64,000 nucleotides of DNA, taken from positions 2,795 through 66,794 of the forward strand of contig VYCM01000136.1 of NCBI GenBank assembly GCA_009843915.1, read 5' to 3'. The stretch comes from Acidimicrobiaceae bacterium (GTDB lineage: Bacteria; Actinomycetota; Acidimicrobiia; Acidimicrobiales; Aldehydirespiratoraceae). The notes beneath the pieces are model-generated. The model did no database searches and was not told where the DNA came from. It saw only the letters and a program-made list of their open reading frames with translations. The number at the start of each line of letters is the position of its first letter. Within the stretch, counting starts at the first letter, position 1. Below, one piece after another: positions 9,688 through 18,421 of the stretch. A program made the position numbers and the translations under genes.

Positions 9688-10596
9688 ATGGAATGGTTGG
9701 AAGTCAGAGCAGCAACGGTGGAAGGCGCCAAGGAGCAAGCTCTCGTTCATCTTGGTGTCCACGAGTCGGATGCCGAGTTCGAGGTGATCTCGGAAGGACG
9801 GATGGGGCTGTTCGGGAGGATCAAGCAGGAGGCTCGGGTGCGGGCTCGAGTGCTCCCCACGCCGGTGCGCCCGAAGGACGGTAGGAGCCGCGGCCACAAC
9901 AGCCGCAGGTCAGGATCTTCGAGGCGATCCGAGTCCTCGCGGACGTCCGGCGAGGCAACCCCGGAACCAGTTGCGCGCTCCCGCCGAAAGGACTCGTCTG
10001 GCTCGGAGCCCCAGCAGTCTGCTAGCGCTGACAACGGTGCTCGGGACAAACCCCAGGAAGAAGGCCAGAAGGCACGTGATACGAAAGAGGATGCAAAAGC
10101 CATGACAATTGATCAAAATAGAGGTCCTTCGCTGTTGGAGCAAGCCGACCTCGCGGAGGCCTTCGTTCGGGGCATCACAGAATCGCTGGGCATTGTCGTC
10201 ACGTTCAAGCGGCATGACCTGGAGAACGGCATCATGCGGATCGAGGCAAACGGAGACGGAATCGGGATCCTGATCGGCCGCCGGGGTGGTACAGCCCAAG
10301 CGATTGATGAACTGGTTCGTACGGTGTTGCAACGATCCGGTGGAACGACCAGGGAAGGAAAGATCCGCATGGACATGGGCGGAGTTCGCGCTCGCCGTGC
10401 CTCAGCTCTAGCAGAATTCACTCGCAAGGTGGCTGAGGAGTCCATCGAGACGCGATCAGAGATCGCCCTCGAGCCGATGAACCGGATGGATCGCAAGATC
10501 GTCCACGATGTCGTCTCCAAGTTGAGCAATGTGGAGAGTCGGAGCGAAGGAGAGGATCCTCACCGACGGGTGATCATCGCAGCCGTTCCCGACTGA
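9688..10596 (+). CDS. khpB: Jag/KhpB-type RNA-binding protein (Jag_N, KH, R3H)
   Basis: MEWLEVRAATVEGAKEQAL N-terminus and a C-terminal R3H-like LEPMNRMDRKIVHDVV. Conserved position after yidC. Confidence 0.85.
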   Translation: MEWLEVRAATVEGAKEQALVHLGVHESDAEFEVISEGRMGLFGRIKQEARVRARVLPTPVRPKDGRSRGHNSRRSGSSRRSESSRTSGEATPEPVARSRRKDSSGSEPQQSASADNGARDKPQEEGQKARDTKEDAKAMTIDQNRGPSLLEQADLAEAFVRGITESLGIVVTFKRHDLENGIMRIEANGDGIGILIGRRGGTAQAIDELVRTVLQRSGGTTREGKIRMDMGGVRARRASALAEFTRKVAEESIETRSEIALEPMNRMDRKIVHDVVSKLSNVESRSEGEDPHRRVIIAAVPD

Positions 10597-10600
10597 GCAT

Positions 10601-11257
10601 GTGACGGCTCCGCGCCATTCGCTAGCCGAGATCGATCCAGCCCTTCTGGAGCGGCTGGACCGGGCGTGGATGCCGGCTCGGGTCGCTGGCGCCGTCGGGG
10701 GAGCTTCGATCGAAGCCCTTCGCCTTCACGCTGGCGGGTACATCCTGGATGAGTGGCGGCCGTTGCCGGAGGGCCAGTTCGTGGACTGTGGCACCGGGGC
10801 CGGTGTCTTGGGGGTGCTTCTGGCGCTTGAGCTTCCCGGGTCACAGTGGCGCCTGGTCGACGCTAGGGAACGACGGTGCGAGATGGCTCAGCGAGCTGTA
10901 GCCGAGGCGGGCCTCACGGAGCGGGTCACTGTGGAGCACGCTCTGGTGGAGGAGATAGCTTGGGCCGACGGCAGGGGAGGATTCGACGGAGCGGTGGCAC
11001 GCTCATTCGGTCCAGTGCCGGAACTTGCAGAGTGTGCCTTGCCTCTGTTGAACGAAGGCGGCTCGCTCGTGGTTTCCGTCTCGTCGTCGACCGCCCGCCG
11101 GTGGCAGCAGATGCCCTTGGCGGCGCTGACCGGTTGTGAGATCGGGCGAACTTGGACGACACCGCACGGCAGCTACCTCTCGGTCAAACGATTCGGCCCG
11201 ATCCCGGCGGGCCTCCCCCGCCGCCGCCCAGCGCGGAGCCGCTCTCCGTTGGGCTAG
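10601..11257 (+). CDS. rsmG: 16S rRNA (guanine527-N7)-methyltransferase RsmG/GidB
   Basis: SAM motif VDCGTGAGVLGVLLA. Synteny between jag and parA. Confidence 0.85.
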   Translation: MTAPRHSLAEIDPALLERLDRAWMPARVAGAVGGASIEALRLHAGGYILDEWRPLPEGQFVDCGTGAGVLGVLLALELPGSQWRLVDARERRCEMAQRAVAEAGLTERVTVEHALVEEIAWADGRGGFDGAVARSFGPVPELAECALPLLNEGGSLVVSVSSSTARRWQQMPLAALTGCEIGRTWTTPHGSYLSVKRFGPIPAGLPRRRPARSRSPLG

Positions 11258-11281
11258 GGGCTGAATCTGTCCATATCTCTC

Positions 11282-11297
11282 TGTTTCACGTGAAACA
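11282..11297. promoter_or_regulatory. parS centromere-like site
   Basis: TGTTTCACGTGAAACA is a perfect 16-bp palindrome identical to the canonical parS consensus. It lies 79 nt upstream of the parA ATG. Confidence 0.9.
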
Positions 11298-11375
11298 CGA
11301 GAGATGCTTGACTTGCTGGGGGTCGTATGGGACCGTACCCGAGAGTCGCTGCGACAGGGAGCTGACCCCGTGGGC

Positions 11376-12164
11376 ATGACAGAACGAACCGGCCCAAGTC
11401 ACGCCCGGGTCTTTGCTGTCGCCAACCAGAAGGGTGGCGTCGGGAAAACGACTGCAACCGTGAACCTCTCGGCGTGCTTTGCTGAGAAGGGGATCAAGAC
11501 CCTCATCGTGGATCTTGATCCCCAGGCCAACGCAACTACTGGCGTGGGCTTGGATCCGCGAGCACTTGACGGGTCGATCTACGACGTGCTGCTCCAAGAT
11601 CTCGAACTTGAGGAGATCATTGAACCGACAATGATCAAGGGTCTGCACATCGCTCCTTCCAATCTCGATCTCGCCGGCGCTGAAATCGAACTGGTGCCGG
11701 CCTACAGCAGGGAACGGAGGCTCCGGGACTCCATGTCGGGGGCGGTCACGGAGTATGACCTGATCATGATTGACTGCCCACCCTCGCTTGGCTTGTTGAC
11801 CATCAACGGCCTTACGGCAGCCGACGAGGTCATCGTTCCCATTCAGACCGAGTACTTCGCGCTCGAGGGATTGACCCAACTCGTCAAGAACATCGAGTTG
11901 GTGCAGCGCAGCCTCAATCCCGACTTAGAGCTGACAAAGCTGATCCTCACCATGTATGACGCTCGTACGAATCTCTCACGGGATGTCGCCCGAGAGGTTC
12001 GGACACACTATGGCGACAAGGTCTGCTGGCAGGTCGTGCCGCGCACCGTGCGTCTCAGTGAGGCGCCGTCCTTCGGTCAGCCCATCATTCTCTACGACCC
12101 TTCATCCAAGGGGGCAAGAGCATTCCGCGACCTGGCAAAGGAGGTGCTCCGTGGCGCGTCGTAG
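11376..12164 (+). CDS. parA: Chromosome partitioning ATPase ParA/Soj
   Basis: Deviant Walker A NQKGGVGKTTATVNL. ATG 11376 is preferred, and the track ORF from 11304 adds 24 unconserved residues. Confidence 0.92.
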   Translation: MTERTGPSHARVFAVANQKGGVGKTTATVNLSACFAEKGIKTLIVDLDPQANATTGVGLDPRALDGSIYDVLLQDLELEEIIEPTMIKGLHIAPSNLDLAGAEIELVPAYSRERRLRDSMSGAVTEYDLIMIDCPPSLGLLTINGLTAADEVIVPIQTEYFALEGLTQLVKNIELVQRSLNPDLELTKLILTMYDARTNLSRDVAREVRTHYGDKVCWQVVPRTVRLSEAPSFGQPIILYDPSSKGARAFRDLAKEVLRGAS

Positions 12165-13017
12165 TGGTCTCGGCAAGGGCTTGGGAGCCCTGATCCCGAC
12201 CGATCCAGATCCAGCAGGGTCAGTCTTCCAGGAGATTGACATCAGTCACATCGTCCCGAATCCGTACCAACCGAGGGAACGTTTCGAGGAGGAATCCCTG
12301 ACTTCGTTGGCTGCTTCTATAGCTGAGGTTGGGGTGATCCAACCGGTTATTGTGCGAAAAGCACCAGAAGGATATGAAATTGTTGCAGGGGAGCGGCGCT
12401 GGCGAGCCGCGCAACGAGCCGGCCTCCGAGACATCCCGGCCCTTGTACGGGATGCGGACGACAGGGGAGCCCTTGAGGCCGCGGTGGTTGAGAACGTTCA
12501 CCGCCAAGACTTGAATGCCCTTGAGGAGGCCGCGGCCTACCGGCAGTTGATCGACGATTTCGGATTGACCCAGGAGGATGTCGCCGCGCGGGTCGGGCGC
12601 TCCCGCTCTGCAGTGGCCAACACCATGCGGCTCCTGAACCTGGCTCCGGCCGTGCAGCGCCTTGTCATCGAGGGCGATCTCTCGGCAGGCCACGGTCGGG
12701 CGCTGTTGGCCCTCGAGGACGGGTCAGCCCAGCAAGCTCTGGCTACCGAGATCGTTCGAGAGGGCTTGACTGTTCGTGAGGCGGAGCGCAGAGTCGCTGA
12801 GGTTCACGCGGCATCGGGGCAGTCGGCGTCGTCCGAGCTCGACAACGAGGCGCCCACGCCGGATGAGTTGAAGGCCGGCATTCTCGAGCTTGAGGATCTT
12901 CTCTCGACAAGGCTAGACACCCGGGTCTCGGTGCGGTTGGGCAAGAGAAGAGGCAAGATCACGATCCAATTCAGCGGGTTGTCCGACCTTGAGCGGATCT
13001 ATCACCTCATCGTGTGA
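12151..13017 (+). CDS. parB: Chromosome partitioning protein ParB/Spo0J
   Basis: GLGKGLGALI and IVAGERRWRAAQ motifs. GTG 12151 has AAGGAGG upstream. The track ORF from 11956 runs through parA in another frame. Confidence 0.92.
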   Translation: MARRSGLGKGLGALIPTDPDPAGSVFQEIDISHIVPNPYQPRERFEEESLTSLAASIAEVGVIQPVIVRKAPEGYEIVAGERRWRAAQRAGLRDIPALVRDADDRGALEAAVVENVHRQDLNALEEAAAYRQLIDDFGLTQEDVAARVGRSRSAVANTMRLLNLAPAVQRLVIEGDLSAGHGRALLALEDGSAQQALATEIVREGLTVREAERRVAEVHAASGQSASSELDNEAPTPDELKAGILELEDLLSTRLDTRVSVRLGKRRGKITIQFSGLSDLERIYHLIV

Positions 13018-13041
13018 TAATTTAAGCTACTTTTACTATAT

Positions 13042-14019
13042 TTACTGCAATCCGGGATCGAGGCACCAGTCGGTGATTGCATCAGCAAGGGCACGCGCTA
13101 TGTGGGGAGCCCGCGGCACGACAGTTGATCCAGGACCGATGCGGCACCAGACCGCCGGCATTCGAGTCTCTCGAAGAATGGACAGTCGCATCGGCATCGT
13201 CGGGGCGGGTTCAGCGAGCCAGGGCGCGAGCGCGGCCGAGCACCGTTGGGCCAGGGCCCGACCTCCGACCGACTCGAACCCGCTCATAGCAAAGTACGAG
13301 ACGCCGAAGTTGTCGCCGGCCAGCGTCACGCCGAGGTATATGTCGCCGTTCCACTGATTCGAGGTTCGAGCCTGGTGACCGAGGTCGGGAGTGCTGAACG
13401 ACAGGACGTCCGCCCCGACTTGGCGCAGTCGGCGAGCGATCGCCTGAGCAATCACGGGCAGTTCGCCGGTGTCTCCGACCACGATGCGCTTTCCTTCCAC
13501 CCGGCTCGGCTGGTGACGCAGCCGCTCGTGCTCACGCACCTCGGCAATCGTCAGCTGGCCGGTGGTTCGCGATGTGAGCCTGTCCAGGGCGTCAATGGTG
13601 GACCGTCCGATCACCCCGTCGTCAGGGAGGCCTGCATTCTGCTGGAACTGCTGGATCGCCCTCTGGGTCCGGGGGCCGAGGATGCCGTCGACCCAGTGGG
13701 GATCGAAGCCGAGTTGGCCGAGTCGGCGCTGGAGTTCCGCGATGTCATCGCCCCGCATCATCGGGTCGCGGTAGTAGAGGAGCCGATCACCGAGCCGGTG
13801 ATCGGCTTCGACGAGGGCGTTCCATGACTGCGGGCCGCAGATCCCGTCAACCACCAAGCCGCGATCGCTTTGAAAGCGACGTAGCGAAGCCTCAGTCTCG
13901 GTGCCGAACTCCTGCGGTTCGGTGTCGGTGCGATAGCCGATCAGGGCGAGTCGGCGTTGGAGATCGCGGACGGCGTCGCCCGCATCGCCGCGACGCAGTG
14001 GTAGGCCGCCGGGCGCGAT
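13042..14019 (-). CDS. cwlM: CwlM-like N-acetylmuramoyl-L-alanine amidase with two peptidoglycan-binding repeats
   Basis: Two PG_binding_1-like repeats (GDAVRDLQRRLALIGY, IAELQRRLGQLGF) followed by an amidase_3-like C-terminus. Synteny is parB-cwlM-trxA-trxB as in mycobacteria. No ATG/GTG/TTG exists at the domain start, so the 5' end is unresolved (see finding). Confidence 0.8.
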   Translation of the reverse strand: MAPGGLPLRRGDAGDAVRDLQRRLALIGYRTDTEPQEFGTETEASLRRFQSDRGLVVDGICGPQSWNALVEADHRLGDRLLYYRDPMMRGDDIAELQRRLGQLGFDPHWVDGILGPRTQRAIQQFQQNAGLPDDGVIGRSTIDALDRLTSRTTGQLTIAEVREHERLRHQPSRVEGKRIVVGDTGELPVIAQAIARRLRQVGADVLSFSTPDLGHQARTSNQWNGDIYLGVTLAGDNFGVSYFAMSGFESVGGRALAQRCSAALAPWLAEPAPTMPMRLSILRETRMPAVWCRIGPGSTVVPRAPHIARALADAITDWCLDPGLQ

Positions 14020-14345
14020 TAGAGATACTCCGCGAGTTCGCCCAGCAGGGCCTCCTTCGGCTTGGCTCCCACCATTCGCTTGGCGGGTTCGCCGCCGTCG
14101 AAGAGGATCATGGTCGGGATACTCATGACACCGAACCTGCGGGCGACATCGGGGGCCTCGTCCACGTTGAGTTTGGCCACCGTCAGCGTGCCTTGCTGCT
14201 CGGAGGCGATCTCGTCGAGGATCGGCGCGATCAGCTTGCACGGGCCACACCATTCAGCCCAGAAGTCCACGAGAATGGGTGTGGATGCGCTGTTGACCTC
14301 TTCATCGAATGTCGAGGCACTCAGCGTGATGGTCGGTCCTGCCAC
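14019..14345 (-). CDS. trxA: Thioredoxin
   Basis: 108 aa with WCGPC active site (FWAEWCGPCKLIAP). Confidence 0.95.
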   Translation of the reverse strand: MAGPTITLSASTFDEEVNSASTPILVDFWAEWCGPCKLIAPILDEIASEQQGTLTVAKLNVDEAPDVARRFGVMSIPTMILFDGGEPAKRMVGAKPKEALLGELAEYL

Positions 14346-14437
14346 GGTATCTTCCCTTTGCTTGCGTCATTGAGGAGGCATCACTCGTCGCTCTGCGACG
14401 GTTCTGACGCGGCCACCCTACTTGCCGGTGCGGCGAG

Positions 14438-15430
14438 TCATGACACCGCACGCGAGTGGAGGCTTTCGAGGTATCTCTCGGCTTCGATCGCGGCCATGCA
14501 GCCCGTTCCCGCCGCCGTGACAGCCTGCCGGTAGTAGTCGTCCTGCACGTCTCCGCAGGCGAACACGCCCTCCACCACGGTCCTGGTGGAGTTCGGCTCG
14601 GTTACGAGGTAACCGTTCGCCTTCATCTCCAGCTGGCCCACGAAGAGGTCGGTGTTGGGCCGGTGGCCGATGGCGATGAAGCACCCGGTGACGTCGAGCA
14701 CCGATGTCTCGCCGGTCCCGGTGTCGCGGATCCGCAGGCCGGCGAGGGTGGACTCGCCGAGGTACTCCTCGACGACGCTGTTCCACATGAAGTCGATCCG
14801 CTCATTGTCGAAAGCGCGCTGCTGCATGATCTTGGATGCTCTGAGCGCATCCCGGCGATGGATGATGGTGACTCGCGACGCGAATCGGGTCAGGAAGGTC
14901 GCTTCCTCCATGGCTGAGTCGCCCCCTCCCACCACCGCGATGTGCTGGTCGCGGAAGAAGAAGCCGTCGCAGGTGGCGCAGGTTGAGAGCCCGTGCCCCA
15001 CCAGCTCGATCTCACGGTCGAGACCCAGCATGATGGACTGGGCCCCGGTCGACACGATCACCGTTCGGGCTCTCAGCGTGGGCTCGTCCGCGCTGGGATC
15101 GCCGATCCAGACGCCGTAGGGCTGGTTCGAGAAATCCACCCGGGAGGCCTTCACGGTGTGGATCTGGGCCCCGAACCGGACCGCCTGGTCTCGGAATCGC
15201 TGCATCAGTTCCGGTCCCATCACACCTTCGGGGAATCCGGGGTAATTCTCCACGTCGGTGGTGAGCATGAGCTGCCCGCCCGGCTGATCACTTGTCGAAC
15301 TCGGTTCGCCCTCCAGAACCACCGGGTGGAGGTTGGCCCGAGCCGCGTAGATGGCCGCGGTCAGCCCGGCCGGGCCGGATCCGATGATGACCACCTCCAC
15401 CTCGCGCCCGGCGAGGTCGTCAAGGCTCAT
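14438..15430 (-). CDS. trxB: Thioredoxin-disulfide reductase
   Basis: GSGPAGLTAAIYAARA FAD motif and CATCDG redox motif. ATG 15430 is preferred because the track start 15607 overlaps the upstream gene. Confidence 0.93.
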   Translation of the reverse strand: MSLDDLAGREVEVVIIGSGPAGLTAAIYAARANLHPVVLEGEPSSTSDQPGGQLMLTTDVENYPGFPEGVMGPELMQRFRDQAVRFGAQIHTVKASRVDFSNQPYGVWIGDPSADEPTLRARTVIVSTGAQSIMLGLDREIELVGHGLSTCATCDGFFFRDQHIAVVGGGDSAMEEATFLTRFASRVTIIHRRDALRASKIMQQRAFDNERIDFMWNSVVEEYLGESTLAGLRIRDTGTGETSVLDVTGCFIAIGHRPNTDLFVGQLEMKANGYLVTEPNSTRTVVEGVFACGDVQDDYYRQAVTAAGTGCMAAIEAERYLESLHSRAVS

Positions 15431-15444
15431 TGCAGCATTGCTCC

Positions 15445-15876
15445 TCAGGCCACCGCCTCGATCACACCGTAGAGCACCACGCCCAGGATGATGAGAGCGT
15501 CGATGATCACCGCCACGTAGATGGGCTTCGTTGATCCCGTGCGAGCTCGCCAGGCACCGAATCCAATGATGGAGACCAGCAGTCCGATGAAGCCGTGGGC
15601 TGCCCATGTCGCCGAACCGACGCCGGCACCTATCGGCAGGTAGGTGTCAGCCAGGCGCACAGTGACGATGGTGAGCAACACCACGGCCGCGATGGCGGCA
15701 ACTGCGGCCACCAGGCAATAGACGACGGCCCGAAGCAGGAACACAGCCCGATCGGTGGTCTGCACCCGCACCGCATCGACGACCTCGACGATCTTGTCGG
15801 CGACAGTGGCCGGCCAGTCGTCGGATCCCAGGCTCAACGTCGGCCGGTCGCGGTGGGTGGACTCGCCATCAGCCAT
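15445..15876 (-). CDS. Hypothetical integral membrane protein
   Basis: 143 aa with three to four hydrophobic spans (AVFLLRAVVYCLVAAVAAIAAVVLL, AHGFIGLLVSIIGFGAW, IYVAVIIDALIILGVVLYGVI). Confidence 0.7.
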   Translation of the reverse strand: MADGESTHRDRPTLSLGSDDWPATVADKIVEVVDAVRVQTTDRAVFLLRAVVYCLVAAVAAIAAVVLLTIVTVRLADTYLPIGAGVGSATWAAHGFIGLLVSIIGFGAWRARTGSTKPIYVAVIIDALIILGVVLYGVIEAVA

Positions 15877-15900
15877 AGAACGAAAGCCTAGAGCGAGGCT

Positions 15901-16956
15901 TCAGGAACCGTCAGGTGCGTCCAGGTCGTGGGTCTCGGTCTCGCAATCAGGTGGGGCCGCGTAAATGATGACGGCGGTGCCGTCAGATCGGCGAGCGAAC
16001 CGGCCGTCGAATACCAGGGGCTCTTCGGTTCCGACGGCGGCGACAAAGGGTCGTCCTGTTTCGACATCCAACTCGAGTTCCCGCTCCCGCACGGCTGCGG
16101 AACACGTCTCCGAGTCAGCCGTCGTCCCATTCTCGAGCGCGGTGGACCAGCGCGCCGTGACGGTGTCGAAGAGCGACTCGAGATTCTCGAACGCGCCCAG
16201 GTCGACGACCGGTACGGCTGCCTCGTCCGCCGTGCGCCGTTCCTCTTCGGCGCTCGCCGTCGGCGCATCCGCGGCGTCCTCCACGGGTGTTTCCATGGCT
16301 GACTCCGCTTCAGCTGCGGCCATCTCGGCCTGAAGCTCGGCGACGACTTCGGGGTCGACGGTTCCCTCCGTCTCAGCCGCAGCAGCTGCGAGTGCCTCCT
16401 CGGCCATCGGTTCTTGTTCGGCCATTGGCTCTTCTTCTGGCATGGGCTCGGCCGCCATCTCGTAGTCGGCGCTGTCTTCGGCCATCGCCATGTCGGCCTC
16501 GGCCGGGGCTGCGGCGGTGGCTTCGACACCGGCGTCCGCGGCAGGAGCATCGGCGGCCATGTCAGCCGAGTCGTCTGTAGCCGCGGCCATCTCGGCCGAT
16601 TCGTCACCGCTCCTGCTGGCGATCAGGCCCGCACTGACGACGGCGGCGAGAAGGATGGCGGCCGCGGCCACCGCCAGCAGCGTCTCGCGGCGCCGGCGGA
16701 TCGGAACGATCCTGGCTTCGCGTCGTTGGGCGTTCTCGGCATCGGCCACCGCGAGCGCGGCACTGATCATCTGCTCACGCCGCTCCGCGGGCATGGGCGC
16801 GACCGGCGCCGCCACCGCGTCGCGAACCGATCGCAACTGCTCGACCCGAGCCATCAGCGCGTCGTTCTGCTCCACCTCAGCGATCTCAGCCGGGGTTGCC
16901 TCACCGTCGAGATAGGCCGAGACGAGTTCGTCTTCGCGGAATTGTTCGTCACTCAT
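15901..16956 (-). CDS. Anti-sigma factor (single-pass, acidic low-complexity extracytoplasmic region)
   Basis: N-terminus MSDEQFREDELVSAYLDGEATPAE is typical of an anti-sigma domain, and there is one TM (LLAVAAAAILLAAVVSAGLI). ATG 16956 overlaps the sigma gene stop (ATGAGTGA). Confidence 0.8.
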   Translation of the reverse strand: MSDEQFREDELVSAYLDGEATPAEIAEVEQNDALMARVEQLRSVRDAVAAPVAPMPAERREQMISAALAVADAENAQRREARIVPIRRRRETLLAVAAAAILLAAVVSAGLIASRSGDESAEMAAATDDSADMAADAPAADAGVEATAAAPAEADMAMAEDSADYEMAAEPMPEEEPMAEQEPMAEEALAAAAAETEGTVDPEVVAELQAEMAAAEAESAMETPVEDAADAPTASAEEERRTADEAAVPVVDLGAFENLESLFDTVTARWSTALENGTTADSETCSAAVRERELELDVETGRPFVAAVGTEEPLVFDGRFARRSDGTAVIIYAAPPDCETETHDLDAPDGS

Positions 16957-17548
16957 GATTGCTTGCCTCGTCGTTTCGACGTTCTGCAGCGTCGTGGTGG
17001 TTCCCGCCGTTGGCTCGCATCGTCTCCGCCAACCGGGCTCGGCCTCTCGCGATCCGGGATCGGACCGTTCCCGCGGGGATTTGCAGGATCGACCCGATCT
17101 CTGCGTAGTCACAGCCGGCCACGTCACGCAAGACGACTGGTGCTCGAAATTCCTCGGGCAACTGGGCCAGCGCGGCATCAAAGTCGAGTCGTGCCACCAC
17201 CGCGGTTGAATCGTCGGCGGTGGCAGTCCCGGCGAAGCGGTCGCTTGCCTCGATCACCGTGGGCACCGGGCGGCGGCCACGTCGCCGCAGTTCGTCGAGA
17301 GCGGCGTTGGTTGCTACCCGGTAGGCCCAGGTCGAGAACTTGGCTCTGCCGTGGAAGCGGGGGAGTCCTCTGACGATGGCAATGAGCGCTTCCTGGGTGG
17401 CGTCCTGCCCGTCGGCGTCGTTGCCGGCCAGGCGCCTGCAGATGGCGTGGATCTGATCACGGTGGAGCCGCAGCAGCTGCTCGAGAGCACGCCGGTCTCC
17501 GGCCTGCGCGGCCCGGGTGAGTCTGGCGTCCTCGAGGTCGTCGCGAAT
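16949..17548 (-). CDS. ECF (SigM-like) RNA polymerase sigma factor, start codon non-canonical
   Basis: Own translation gives region 2, DARLTRAAQAGDRRALEQLLRLHRDQIHAICRRLAGNDADGQDATQEALIAIVRGLPRF..STWAYRVATNAALDELRRRG, then region 4, YAEIGSILQIPAGTVRSRIARGRARL. The track reports only the region-4 part (16949-17266). Confidence 0.8.
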   Translation of the reverse strand: MRDDLEDARLTRAAQAGDRRALEQLLRLHRDQIHAICRRLAGNDADGQDATQEALIAIVRGLPRFHGRAKFSTWAYRVATNAALDELRRRGRRPVPTVIEASDRFAGTATADDSTAVVARLDFDAALAQLPEEFRAPVVLRDVAGCDYAEIGSILQIPAGTVRSRIARGRARLAETMRANGGNHHDAAERRNDEASNHE

Positions 17549-17572
17549 CGAAACCGGCTCCCAACGCTGGGT

Positions 17573-18421
17573 TTACGCGGCGGGAACCTGGTACGCCATG
17601 CCCAGCACGCCCTGACCGGCGTGGGTGCCCACGACCGGTCCGACCTTGCAGACCCGGATGTCCCCGGAGTGCACTTCGGCCAGCATCCCGCGGAAATCGT
17701 CCACGTCGGGCGCCTCGCCGTGCATGACCGCGAGATGCTCTACCGGCGCTGCCGCCCTCAGGGTGTCACGCAGCCACCCGAGCGCCTTGCGCCGGGTCCG
17801 CTGCTTGGCGGCCTCAGCGACGGTGCCGCTGGAGATGTCGACGATGGGCTTGATCGACAGCATCGAGCCGAGCAGCGCCTGAGCGCCGCCGATGCGTCCC
17901 CCCTTGCGGAGGTTCTCCAGGGTGTCGAGGGTGCCGAAGACGTGCGTTCGCTCGGAGGCGTCGGCCACGAATTGCTCGATGTCGTCGGCGCCGGCGCCGT
18001 CGGCGGCCATGCGAGCCGCCTGCAGCACCAGCGTGCCCAGTCCGGCCGTCACCGACCGGCTGTCCAGCACCCGGATGTCGACGCCGCCATCTTCAGCTCG
18101 GACGGCGTCGGCCGCTTGCACTGCCGACTGCATCGTGGCCGAGATGGCCGCAGACAGGTTGATGCACACGACAGCCTCGGAGCCGGCGTCCAGGCACCGC
18201 CGGAAGGCCTGTTCGAAGCGTCCGGGCGGCGGTGCCGCGGTCTGCGGCAACTCCTCGGTGGCCGCCATCCGCTGATAGAAGTCCTCCACCGCGATCTGCT
18301 CGCGGTCGACGAACTCGTCCGTTCCGAAACGGATGAACAACGGGACGATCTGCACATCAAGCCCGTCGAGTTCGGCGTCGCCGAGGTCGCAGGAACTGTC
18401 GGTGACGATGCCAACGGCCAT
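17573..18421 (-). CDS. DegV family fatty-acid-binding protein
   Basis: MAVGIVTDSSCDL N-terminus is typical of DegV. ATG 18421 is preferred because the track start 18604 overlaps the GNAT gene. Confidence 0.85.
   Translation of the reverse strand: MAVGIVTDSSCDLGDAELDGLDVQIVPLFIRFGTDEFVDREQIAVEDFYQRMAATEELPQTAAPPPGRFEQAFRRCLDAGSEAVVCINLSAAISATMQSAVQAADAVRAEDGGVDIRVLDSRSVTAGLGTLVLQAARMAADGAGADDIEQFVADASERTHVFGTLDTLENLRKGGRIGGAQALLGSMLSIKPIVDISSGTVAEAAKQRTRRKALGWLRDTLRAAAPVEHLAVMHGEAPDVDDFRGMLAEVHSGDIRVCKVGPVVGTHAGQGVLGMAYQVPAA

Noticed and set aside
11956-12150. Upstream extension of parB through the 3' end of parA.
   Set aside because: It would overlap parA by about 200 nt in another frame. 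The conserved ParB N-terminus (RRSGLGKGLGALI) begins at GTG 12151, which has its own AAGGAGG.
14020-14253. Long version of the cwlM-like ORF starting at 14253.
   Set aside because: It would overlap about 235 nt of the well-supported trxA gene, and the extra 78 residues are Arg/Pro-rich noise. The unresolved start is reported as a finding instead.
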